This document shows, in pieces, positions 17,664 through 27,200 of a stretch of DNA of 64,000 nt. The stretch comes from a virus, in the IMG/VR virus record IMGVR_UViG_3300044729_003129, positions 96,001-160,000 of that record. One strand, 5' to 3'. Below the pieces are notes generated by a model, which worked only from the letters and a program-made list of their open reading frames with translations, ran no database searches and was not told the origin of the DNA. The translations under genes were made by a program, and so were the position numbers. Every line of letters starts with the position of its first letter. Position 1 is the first letter of the stretch.

Positions 17664-20171
17664 TTATCCTGTTACAAGCCACCCTTTGAGGAAGGCTGTG
17701 CCTGTTCTTAATTGTCTAAATGTTAAACTATTTGCACCCCCCGCAGCCATTTGTCGTGATACTGTGATGCTTACGTTGGGGTTAATTGATACAACCTGTG
17801 TACGATAGCGTAAGGTTCCAGAACCGTTTGTCGTTAATGCTAGTGCTGGACCACCTAGAGTTGCCGCTACTTGAAATGTTCCAGCTGTAGCATTGACTAC
17901 ATAGTAGATTCTGTTAATAATAATACCAGTCGTTGTTACTCTAGTTGCAAAAGAAACTTCATCTCCATTACTTAATCCATGACTTGCAAGGTTGACTAAA
18001 TCACCTGCATCGGTAAATGTCACAGCTCTTGCTGTTGTAAGTGGTGATCCTGTTCCTGTAATTTGCATACCCACAGCAATACCAGTGGTGTCTGCCATTG
18101 TTATTGTTGTGCTTCCAGCTGTTGTAGTTCCTGTAAGAGTTACAGGTGTCGGCGCTCCCCAATTGTTTGTTACAGTTATTGTTTGAGAAGCAGCACCTAT
18201 TGTGTCTAGATAATTGAATATAGATTCTAATTCTTCTTTTGATAATTTACAACCACTATAACTTATTGAAAATTCTGAGCCATTTAATGCTGCTCTTGTA
18301 AGGTTTAGACAGGCACTAAATATACCATTAAATTTAAAAACGTCTGTACCTGCTCCTGAAATTAATAACGGTACAGTTACAAGAGAAGTACAATTATTAA
18401 ACATACTATTCATAGTAGTAACAGCCCCTGTATTGAATAGTGGTACACTTGTAAGAGAAGTACAACCATTAAACATACCACTCATGATTTGTACAGCCCC
18501 TGTATTGAATAGTGGTACAGTTGTAAGAGTAGTACAGCCACTAAACATATTACCCATAGTAGTAACAGCCCCCGTATTGAATAGTGGTACACTTGTAAGA
18601 GAAGAGCAACCAGCAAACATACTATTCATGAATTGTACAGCGCCTGTATTGAATAGTGGTACACTTGTAAGAGATCTGCAACCATTAAACATACCACTCA
18701 TATCAGTAACAGCCCCCGTATTGAATAGTGGTACAGTTGTAAGAGCAGTACAACCAAAAAACATACCACTCATATCAATAACAGCCCCTGTATTGAATAG
18801 TGGTACACTTGTAAGAGAAGTACAACCATTAAACATACTAGTCATATCAATAACAGCCCCTGTATTGAATAGTGGTACACTTGTAAGAGAAGAGCAACTA
18901 GCAAACATATTATCCATAGTAGTAACAGCCCCTGTATTGAATAGTGGTACACTTGTAAGAGTAGTACAGCCACTAAACATACTACCCATAGTAGTAACAG
19001 CCCCCGTATTGAATAGTGGTACAGTTGTAAGAGCAGTACAACCAAAAAACATACCACTCATATCAATAACAGCCCCCGTATTGAATAGTGGTACAGTTGT
19101 AAGAGAAGAGCAATTAACAAACATATTATTCATGAATTGTACAGCCCCTGTATTGAATAGTGGTACACTTGTAAGAGATCTGCAACCATTAAACATACCA
19201 CTCATAGTAATAACAGCCCCCGTATTGAATAGTGGTACAGTTGTAAGAGAAGAGCAACTAGCAAACATACCACTCATAGTAGTAACAGCCCCCGTATTGA
19301 ATAGTGGTACACTTGTAAGAGAAGTACAATTATTAAACATACTATTCATAGTAGTAACAGCTGATGTATTAAACAGCGGTACAGTTACAAGAGAAGTACA
19401 ACCATTAAACATACCACTCATACTAGTAACATTTTCAGTATTAAATAACGGTACAGTTGTAAGAGAAGAGCAACTCTGAAACATATTACTCATATTAGTA
19501 ATATTAGTAAGATCATTAAAAGATACATTTTTTAATGAAACTAAATTTGCAAATGAACTAGATAAGTTAGTTAATAATCCTATATTGACTCCAGTGAAAC
19601 TAACTAAATTTTTACAAAAAGCCAAAGAAGCGGTTGCATTATTAAGAGTTAAACCTGTTAAACTTGGGCAAGATAAAGCTATTTCTAATATAGGAGAAGA
19701 ATCAGGAAATGTAGATCCTGCTTGTGCATACTTTTGGTTAAAGTTTACACTTGTTATATTTTGACCAGCTTGAGGAGTAATGACTACAACTGCCATTTTA
19801 TAACCATCACTTGTAACGGTGGCATTTAAATCTGGGTCGGTATATGAATATTCATGTTGAGCTTTAACTCCAGATGCAACATTTTCTGTTACACCATCAC
19901 CCCAATCAACTGTATATGCTCCAGATATTGTAAAAGCAAGAAAGTTAGATCCTTGAGGATATACAGGCATCAACAAAGCTATTTTTTGCTCTGAAGATAT
20001 TATAGTCGGCATTGTTAGCCAATCAGCTGGACGAACCCATGGAGACGGTGTGGCTGGAGTTGCTGCTGCTGTTGGTCGTTTAATTCTAAGGCGATCAAAT
20101 CTATCCTTTTTAAAAAAAGAGGGTTTGCGTGAGACTAACGGTCCAACTTTATTTCCGTAACGAATACTCAT
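17664..20171 (-). CDS. BspA/DUF285-type leucine-rich-repeat adhesin
   Basis: Basic N-terminal arm, VDWGDG PKD-like domain, 16 x 24-aa MxxMFxxCxxLTxVPLFNTGAVxx repeats, C-terminal HGL-type beta domain. Confidence 0.85.
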   Translation of the reverse strand: MSIRYGNKVGPLVSRKPSFFKKDRFDRLRIKRPTAAATPATPSPWVRPADWLTMPTIISSEQKIALLMPVYPQGSNFLAFTISGAYTVDWGDGVTENVASGVKAQHEYSYTDPDLNATVTSDGYKMAVVVITPQAGQNITSVNFNQKYAQAGSTFPDSSPILEIALSCPSLTGLTLNNATASLAFCKNLVSFTGVNIGLLTNLSSSFANLVSLKNVSFNDLTNITNMSNMFQSCSSLTTVPLFNTENVTSMSGMFNGCTSLVTVPLFNTSAVTTMNSMFNNCTSLTSVPLFNTGAVTTMSGMFASCSSLTTVPLFNTGAVITMSGMFNGCRSLTSVPLFNTGAVQFMNNMFVNCSSLTTVPLFNTGAVIDMSGMFFGCTALTTVPLFNTGAVTTMGSMFSGCTTLTSVPLFNTGAVTTMDNMFASCSSLTSVPLFNTGAVIDMTSMFNGCTSLTSVPLFNTGAVIDMSGMFFGCTALTTVPLFNTGAVTDMSGMFNGCRSLTSVPLFNTGAVQFMNSMFAGCSSLTSVPLFNTGAVTTMGNMFSGCTTLTTVPLFNTGAVQIMSGMFNGCTSLTSVPLFNTGAVTTMNSMFNNCTSLVTVPLLISGAGTDVFKFNGIFSACLNLTRAALNGSEFSISYSGCKLSKEELESIFNYLDTIGAASQTITVTNNWGAPTPVTLTGTTTAGSTTITMADTTGIAVGMQITGTGSPLTTARAVTFTDAGDLVNLASHGLSNGDEVSFATRVTTTGIIINRIYYVVNATAGTFQVAATLGGPALALTTNGSGTLRYRTQVVSINPNVSITVSRQMAAGGANSLTFRQLRTGTAFLKGWLVTG
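18366..19493 (-). repeat. Coding tandem array of 16 units of 72 bp
   Basis: ACAGCCCCYGTATTGAATAGTGGTACA recurs at 18421, 18493, 18565 and onward with exact 72-bp periodicity; unit ATGs run from 19493 to 18413. Confidence 0.95.
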
Positions 20172-20172
20172 A

Positions 20173-20538
20173 TTAACTTATTCTATTCACATATCCAAAA
20201 ATATTAATCCCACTTGCAACACTAGCATTGCCATAAATTGAAGATCCTGCAGTTCCGTTTCCCTTTAATATCAAACCGGGACAGATTAATGTATTTCCAG
20301 CATAAGCCTCAATAACACCTTCAAATAAAATATCAGTTGAAAAATCAGTTCCTCCATACAATACATTTAATGTAACATCTGCTGCTGTAGAATTTGTAGC
20401 ATACAACCATACCTCGTCCATTATATCTGATGATGCTTGTGTTGTGTGTATTGTTGTAGTGTTAGCACCAGTGGCAGTTATAACAATAGACTTGCCATTT
20501 GTGCTTTGCGATAATAATTGCTTTGTATATGTTGCCAT
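20173..20538 (-). CDS. 121-aa beta-rich virion adaptor-like protein
   Basis: MATYTKQLLSQSTNGKSI...DEVWLYATNS...IFGYVNRIS; 1 nt upstream of the LRR gene. Confidence 0.5.
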   Translation of the reverse strand: MATYTKQLLSQSTNGKSIVITATGANTTTIHTTQASSDIMDEVWLYATNSTAADVTLNVLYGGTDFSTDILFEGVIEAYAGNTLICPGLILKGNGTAGSSIYGNASVASGINIFGYVNRIS

Positions 20539-20553
20539 AATTTTATTTATTTT

Positions 20554-20826
20554 TTATAAAAAGATTGAAAGACCTATAATTGTGCTTGAGTCATCGAGAG
20601 ATACTGCATTTGGATTTAGTGTAAGTACTCCAGCCGAATTTATAGATGCATCTCCAGATAATGTGCGTGCAACAAATTCGTTTGTGTCATATATCAATAG
20701 CGAACCATTGGTTACGCCTTGCAAGTCAATGTCTGTAAGTTCTGAAAGTGTACGTCCGCCTTCAGATAAAGTAGAAACACCAATTCTAGATGATGCTGAT
20801 ATTGTAGCAATTATGTTTTCGCTCAT
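20554..20826 (-). CDS. Short fibre-like linker protein
   Basis: LSELTDID..VTNGSLLIYD fibre repeat, LSGDASINSAG and hydrophobic C-terminal peptide IIGLSIFL. Confidence 0.5.
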   Translation of the reverse strand: MSENIIATISASSRIGVSTLSEGGRTLSELTDIDLQGVTNGSLLIYDTNEFVARTLSGDASINSAGVLTLNPNAVSLDDSSTIIGLSIFL

Positions 20827-20827
20827 A

Positions 20828-21166
20828 TTAACTTGGTCGTGTTGAGGCTGGTGATATTTCTACCTGTCCTTCAGCTATACGTATGACATGTCCGCCCGAA
20901 TTGTATATTTCAACATCATATACATATCGACCAGGTTTCATGCCGCGTGTTTGAGTTGCCGTTAATGATACACCAACTTTACCTTCTAATGGAAGGTTTA
21001 TAGATGTTGCAAAAGATATTGCGGTGTTTGAAGAATAGCTCTTACGTATCTGTCCACGAGAAAGATAGCCTGTAAGGTTAAACGGTAAGCCATTAGAGTC
21101 TTTTACGTCTATAACAGACGCGTAGGTGCTGCCCTGATCGATATAAATGTTACTATACGTCGCCAT
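20828..21166 (-). CDS. BppU-like virion attachment domain protein
   Basis: NIYIDQGSTY, NLTGY..RGQIRKSY, LTATQT..MKPGRYVYDVEI and RIAEG.VEISP. Confidence 0.65.
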   Translation of the reverse strand: MATYSNIYIDQGSTYASVIDVKDSNGLPFNLTGYLSRGQIRKSYSSNTAISFATSINLPLEGKVGVSLTATQTRGMKPGRYVYDVEIYNSGGHVIRIAEGQVEISPASTRPS

Positions 21167-21172
21167 ATAGTC

Positions 21173-21180
21173 TATTTATA
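21173..21180 (-). promoter_or_regulatory. Late promoter TATAAATA (BppU-LRR cassette)
   Basis: 6 nt from ATG 21166. Confidence 0.8.
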
Positions 21181-21187
21181 AAACAAA

Positions 21188-22402
21188 TTAATTACTAAAT
21201 GCGCCTTTAGATTTAGATCGTACAAATGTTCTAGTACCAAGTTGATCTGTTATATAAAAGGTATAATTTGTCATTTTACTATAATCAAAAGAATCCATAA
21301 ATAAGAAGAGTGAATAGTTTGGTTGCATATCACCTCTACGTTTATTTGGAATATTTAGTGGCACTTGTTTTCTTACTGTTCGGATTCTAAAATTACGATT
21401 CTCAAAATATGATTCAATAATGTCAAGTTCTAATTTTATAACATTTGTAGTTGTGTATATAATATCAATAAGCGTAGTGCGACCGGATTGATATGAATAA
21501 ATTTCTCCTTGAATAGTTCCACGTACAAGAGGTGTTGTTGAAGTATCGGCTATAGAAACTGCTGTGCTCGTCACAAGTATTCCACCACCTATACTTCCAG
21601 TACGTAAACTTGCGGTAAAGCTTGTAGGCCCTTCAGTTGTACTATCTAAGTTTGCAGTTACTGCAAAAGAATTACTGCCGCTAGAAACAACAAAACTCCC
21701 GTTATTAGGTGTCAAATCTGTTCTAGACGTAGTCCAATATAGTGTAGTTCCAGGGTTAACATTTGTAGTAGAGACATTAAATGTTACCGAACCTCCTTCA
21801 TTAATAGCAGATAATGAAGGCGCAATAGAATATGTAGGAATTGGAATCGAAGAATCAATTAACCCAATTGCATTGCTACGACCAACTTCTATTCCAGTCT
21901 GCGAGTCTTTACGTAAAATTGCTTGAAATGTAACATATCCTTCGGCAGTTGCATCAGTAGATGCAGTCGCACTAAAACTTGCTGTGCTAGAGTTTACTGT
22001 AATTGTACTTGCGCTTAATGTTAAGTCAGTTCTAGACAGTGACACATACAGGACTGTTCCATTAGGCACATCAGTCGTGGTTAATGTAAAGGTGACAGTT
22101 CGGTCAGTCGTTTCATTGATTGAAGTTTTATTCGCAACAATTGTGTATGTAGGAATAATTTCAAAGCCACCATTCATAAACAAATCGCGCAAGTCAACGC
22201 CAGCAGAATTTTTAAGTCCTGTAAGTTCAAATATTCGATCCCCTGCTCCTCGACTAGGCTCGTATCGGCTCGCTAAATCTTGAGTCGTATATGGGTTTGT
22301 AGAGGTCACTACATTATAACCACACGCTGCCCCAGCAGTTCCTACACGTAGTTTAAATAGATTATCAAAGTCAATGCCATTTACTGTATAACCTGATGAC
22401 AT
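21188..22402 (-). CDS. Putative fibre-tip adhesin with two Ig/Calx-beta-like domains
   Basis: Duplicated PTY.I......INE...VTF...TT.V..GT.LY domain; starts 3 nt after the S74 fibre gene. Confidence 0.55.
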   Translation of the reverse strand: MSSGYTVNGIDFDNLFKLRVGTAGAACGYNVVTSTNPYTTQDLASRYEPSRGAGDRIFELTGLKNSAGVDLRDLFMNGGFEIIPTYTIVANKTSINETTDRTVTFTLTTTDVPNGTVLYVSLSRTDLTLSASTITVNSSTASFSATASTDATAEGYVTFQAILRKDSQTGIEVGRSNAIGLIDSSIPIPTYSIAPSLSAINEGGSVTFNVSTTNVNPGTTLYWTTSRTDLTPNNGSFVVSSGSNSFAVTANLDSTTEGPTSFTASLRTGSIGGGILVTSTAVSIADTSTTPLVRGTIQGEIYSYQSGRTTLIDIIYTTTNVIKLELDIIESYFENRNFRIRTVRKQVPLNIPNKRRGDMQPNYSLFLFMDSFDYSKMTNYTFYITDQLGTRTFVRSKSKGAFSN

Positions 22403-22405
22403 AGT

Positions 22406-23980
22406 TTATCGTTGTTCTAATTGTTTTTCGAGTGTCTGCACACGACCAGTCAACTCTTTTACTGCTTCAATGAGTACTGCAGTCAATTTTCCATAATCTA
22501 TGCCCTCAACTTCGTCAGTCTCTGTCTTATGCACAAGTTCTGGATAAACCTCATACACTTCTTCTGCTATTAATCCAAGATCAGCCTTTTTAGTTTCTTT
22601 CCAAACATATGAAACTCCGTTTAACGAGTTTACTTTAGCCAGCGAATCTTGTAGTGGGCGTATGTCTTTCTTATAACGAATCGAAGAACGAGATGTAAAT
22701 GAAGCAGCATTTACATCTGCACCAAAGGTCGCATTATTGGTCTCTAAGTTAATGTCTAATGGCCAACGACCATTAAGATCCTGCATCGTTGTAGAATTAT
22801 TGCCAGACGAGCGACGTATAGAAAATATATTGTTGTCTACATATATCATCGAACCACGATGATTTGTGTCTTGAAGATATATTGTTGGAGTTTCGTAGTT
22901 TAAATAGAGCGCATTATTACCTGTAAATGTTGAAGCCTTCAGCGGAGCAAAGGCGGTGTCTCCCGCGTCACGTATTTCTAATCCTGATCCACCACGAACA
23001 TGTTTTAATAGAGTTGCAGTTGAACCAACTGCATGTAATGCTAGCAATGTATTTCCAGATGTGCTGCGTGTTTCAAGTCCAGCGGTAGCCCACCCAACTT
23101 GTCCGTTTGTTACTGAACGACACGGCCCATATGTTTCAAGTGTTTTTGTGTCACCAAAAAACTTTGCAGAAACTTCATGCTTGCCATTGAATATTGTAGT
23201 GTTTAAAAAGTTTGTAACTGTGCTATCACTATTTTCATAGTTAAGCGCAATTTCTGCATTATTTGCAAAAGTCGTATTAATTTGATTTCCAATAATTTCT
23301 ATGGCTCCAATTATTTGACGCGATGATGTCACAGTATTGTCTGGCGCTACTGACAGCCCTCGAATATTTATTGCTCCATTTCCAGCATTAAGTATGCTTA
23401 ATGCTCCATCTACCCCAGGGCTGCGTATAATGCGGGCGTCATAATCGATGATTGGTGACGATGAATGAAAATCAATAATAGATTCGCTGTTGGACGTAAT
23501 TCCTGTGCCTAATTCAATTGCTTGATGAAAAATACCTATTGAACCAGTACCACTCCAGTTAGGTGCTCTAGCTGTTAATTTTGCTGGGGTAATTTCACCA
23601 TCTTTTATTTTTATAGCAACTACAGCGTCTGTTGCAAGTTTAGATTCAGTAATTGCACCAGCATTAATGCTTATTGGTATATTAATATTTTCGGTGCCAT
23701 CAAAAAGAGGAATTGGAGAAGATGTAGTAACTTCTCCAGTGACATTTATGGCACGAGCAAAACGTAAGCGATCCGCCACTGCAGATCCAAAAAGAGTCTT
23801 ATCAAGAATAATACTACGCGTAGAGTTGGTGGGGTCAGTAAATTTTAATCTATTGATGTCCAAAAATTCCCCCTGTAGGAGTGATGCAGATCCAAGATCT
23901 AAACTATCACGTATATGCCCCTTTTCAACTTCTGTGGGAGCATTTAGTAAATATGGACCTAAATTAATTGGTGTTGACAT
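22406..23980 (-). CDS. Tail fibre with C-terminal peptidase S74 intramolecular chaperone
   Basis: IDFHSSSPIIDYDARII fibre motif; SSIRYKKDI..L..V..LNGVSYVW..GLIAEEV..YPELV..IDYGKLTAVLIEAVKEL followed by a coiled coil. Confidence 0.88.
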   Translation of the reverse strand: MSTPINLGPYLLNAPTEVEKGHIRDSLDLGSASLLQGEFLDINRLKFTDPTNSTRSIILDKTLFGSAVADRLRFARAINVTGEVTTSSPIPLFDGTENINIPISINAGAITESKLATDAVVAIKIKDGEITPAKLTARAPNWSGTGSIGIFHQAIELGTGITSNSESIIDFHSSSPIIDYDARIIRSPGVDGALSILNAGNGAINIRGLSVAPDNTVTSSRQIIGAIEIIGNQINTTFANNAEIALNYENSDSTVTNFLNTTIFNGKHEVSAKFFGDTKTLETYGPCRSVTNGQVGWATAGLETRSTSGNTLLALHAVGSTATLLKHVRGGSGLEIRDAGDTAFAPLKASTFTGNNALYLNYETPTIYLQDTNHRGSMIYVDNNIFSIRRSSGNNSTTMQDLNGRWPLDINLETNNATFGADVNAASFTSRSSIRYKKDIRPLQDSLAKVNSLNGVSYVWKETKKADLGLIAEEVYEVYPELVHKTETDEVEGIDYGKLTAVLIEAVKELTGRVQTLEKQLEQR

Positions 23981-23987
23981 ATAAGCT

Positions 23988-23995
23988 TATTTATA
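23988..23995 (-). promoter_or_regulatory. Late promoter TATAAATA (S74 fibre cassette)
   Basis: 7 nt from ATG 23980. Confidence 0.8.
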
Positions 23996-23999
23996 AAAT

Positions 24000-24239
24000 T
24001 TAATTAGACTCTGGTGTCTGTAATACAACCTCATCACTTATATGATATACAAGATTGTTGTCTACTATATATTCTTCGCACTCTTCTTTTGTGCCGACAA
24101 ATAGATTTACTGATGTAGATGTCGTCGTCGTCGACTCAAAAAATTCAATTACAACTTTGTCGTCGTCGAAGAGCAGATGCCATAATCCGATATGAACTTC
24201 GTCGCTGTATGACCAACCATTATTTTTAGGACGTAACAT
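24000..24239 (-). CDS. Small acidic protein, probable partner of the PATR adhesin
   Basis: 79 aa with FVGTKEECEEYI; starts 1 nt after the PATR gene. Confidence 0.55.
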   Translation of the reverse strand: MLRPKNNGWSYSDEVHIGLWHLLFDDDKVVIEFFESTTTTSTSVNLFVGTKEECEEYIVDNNLVYHISDEVVLQTPESN

Positions 24240-24240
24240 A

Positions 24241-27200
24241 TTATGAGTTTATTGTTAGTGTTGAATTTGTAGAGTTGTATGTCGCGGTACGCGTGCCAGC
24301 ACCAGTTAGAATAATACTCGTATAGCTTTGTGCTGTCGATCCTGGGAAAAATCTGTATGTACTTCCAACGGTTGGTACAGACGAGAAGGAAACGCTCAAT
24401 GAAGTGTCTCTAAATGTCGCGGTAGCGATTGATTGAGCTACTACTAGCGCACCGTCCTGTATGTCTGTGACGCCGCTGTATGTATTAGTGCCAGACAGTG
24501 TAGCGGTGCCGGTTCCAGTTTTCGTTAGTGCTAGATTACCAGTTAAACTGTTACTTGCCGTAAAATTGTTGCTATTGTTAATCGTCAGCGTAGCAAGTGT
24601 GGCACTGCGGTTTGTAATGATGTTTTGAGTTGGATCAGATCCGGTCGCAATCAGACTTGTCGCAGTTTGATTATAACCGTTTAGATCTACTCGACCATAA
24701 GCGGTGCCGGTTCCAGATCCTAATGAGAGTCCAACCGAGGACCAAACGTTTGCGCGATTTGTAATTAAGTAGGCAGTTCCGCCTCCAAGTATATTAAATG
24801 TTGTGGTGCCTACACTTGTGATGTTGCAGTCAAGACGTATATCTCCTCCACTATGATTGAATAGGTTAGAATAAGCAGTTGCTGTAACCAGATTGATGCC
24901 ACCAGTAATGGAAAGAGTAGCACCAGTCGATACGCTGATACGAGTCACTGAATCAGCAATTGTAATAGCACCAGCATAGATGTTGTTACCCATATTGCTT
25001 TGCAATGCACCTCCATAACCATTGTATCCTTGACCTGCAAGTGTTATATTATTTGATACAGTTATGTTGTTTTGCAGAAGCAGAGCACCTCCCCAACCGC
25101 CTTCGGTACTTGCAGCGAGTGTAGATGAAGGTGCTCCGCCTCGCATCATCGTAACAGGACCAGAACCAAGGGCTCCTGAGGCGGTTATGATAACTCGTCC
25201 ATTTATTATAACTGTGCCGCCAGAATAGCTATTCGCGCCATTTGACAGTGTTAAACCTAGGACAGCCGAGTTTGTTTGCTGACCAACAACTAGTTTACAG
25301 GTGTTGCTTGGACTGTTGTTTGACAGCACACCAGATATTGTAAAGTTATTGTTTGCTGGAATGACTACAAGTTCGCTGTTTGACCCATTAGTTATATTAC
25401 CGGACAATGTTACTGTTCCGGTTCCCACATTTAGCAAGCCATTTGCCTTTAGCGCTCCTGCTATTGTGCCACTTCCGCCATTAAATCGCAGTGTGTTAAC
25501 TGATGCATTTGCAGCAAAGGTTGAACTGTTTGTTGTGATGCTATAATTAGACGTGCCTGTTGTATCAACTACTCCTGAACCGTTTGTTATGGTTGTGCCA
25601 TCAAGTCCGTAAACATTATGGACAGTATTGACAGCAGCATATCGGGTTGAAGTTCCAACGCCATAGAGTGCCCATGGACCTAATATTCCATTATTACTAA
25701 GCGTTGTAGGATAGTCTAACCCAGACAATGTAGATGAAATGGTTCCTCTTAAATTTAAAATAGCAGAATCATTTCGTGTAAACGTTCCGCTGGTGCCGAG
25801 GGGATCGATTAGCGCGATGCCAAGTATCAATCGATTCGCCTGATCACCATTAATTATTTGCAGGTGATTGATAGTAATATTTGAATTTATTGTTCCGTCA
25901 CCACTTAATATCGACACTACATTCATAGTGATTGGAGCGGTTAGCGGAGTAGTTGAAGTATAGACTAGTTTTGATAAGTATGTCCCGCCTACTAGTCCTC
26001 CCATTATAATCCCACTTGTAGAATTTATAGAGGCGCTAGGACGCAATTGCAGTGTGCCATTAGTTATTGTCGTAGATCCAGTATAACTATTTGTGTTTGA
26101 CAACCACCAAGTTCCAGCATTAGTTTTAGACAACGATGTACGTTTACCGCTTGCAGCATCCTCATCTCCAATAATACCAGAAAATTCACCGATTCCAGTT
26201 CCTCTAAGTGATAAATCACGAGTGGTGCTGTTTAGACTGTTTGCAAAACCCAAATTTGATGTGAAATTTAATATGGTTCCGGCTGTTCCATTTGCATTGA
26301 TTGCCGCCCCACCACCAGACCGCCCATATAAACATATTTGACGATCGGTGCTGGCTTCTCCTCCAGTATATGTCAGTGTTCCAATTGAGCTTCCTGTAGG
26401 ATTGCCAAGTCCTATAATTCCATTTGCTGTGATGCTTGCTGTGCCTAGTGAACTCGCGCCGTTGCCAGAACCAACATTATTGATAGAAGAGATTGTTAGA
26501 GATCCTTCTTGAATTTCAGTACGAGCATCATATGTATTAGAGGAGCCAAGCGTGAGGTTGCCAAATCCTCTTTTAACTATTGGTCCTCCGTTGTATACAC
26601 CTGAAAAATTAATATTGCTAGAAGAGAGACTACTAGTAACAATACAACCATTGCTGAGTGTTGCTATATTTCCAGACAGCGTAAAGGTAGACAGCTCCGC
26701 GGCATTTCTAATTGTGACTGGAAAAAGATTTGTTCCTGTTGCAGTAACGGTTCCGGACCACGTGTTGTCTCTTGCAATGCTTTCGAATATTGCGGAGGAT
26801 GGACCACTAGTGTCAATAGTTAACGGTTTATTTGCAACACTAAAACCACCAGAAAGAGACAAAGTTGAAGCGCCAGAAAGTGAAAAACTTGATGATGACG
26901 TGATTGCTGTACTTGATGCAGCAATCAGGCGCCCATTGTTTATGACTGTAGAACCAGAATATGAATTGTTTCCTGAAAGAGTGAATGTTCCAGTTCCAGT
27001 CTTAGTCAAAGAACCTGTTCCAGACAAGTTTCCAGAAAACGTACTCGTCACGCCGTTAGAACCGACAATTATGCTATTGCCTCCAATATTTAGCGGGGCA
27101 CTTCCAGACAAACCTCCAATAGCATACGCGTTGGTTCCACTTACTCCAAACGATAGCGTTCCGGAGTTTAGCGTCAGTGTAGAATTTTGAAGTGAATTTA

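Noticed and set aside
18433-19479. 348-aa plus-strand ORF
   Set aside because: Antisense shadow of the repeat array; no independent start signals.
18366-19493. CRISPR-like look: about 36-bp near-identical repeats separated by about 36-bp variable segments
   Set aside because: The period is exactly 72 bp and in frame within an LRR ORF, the apparent spacers are homologous to each other, and no cas genes or leader are present.
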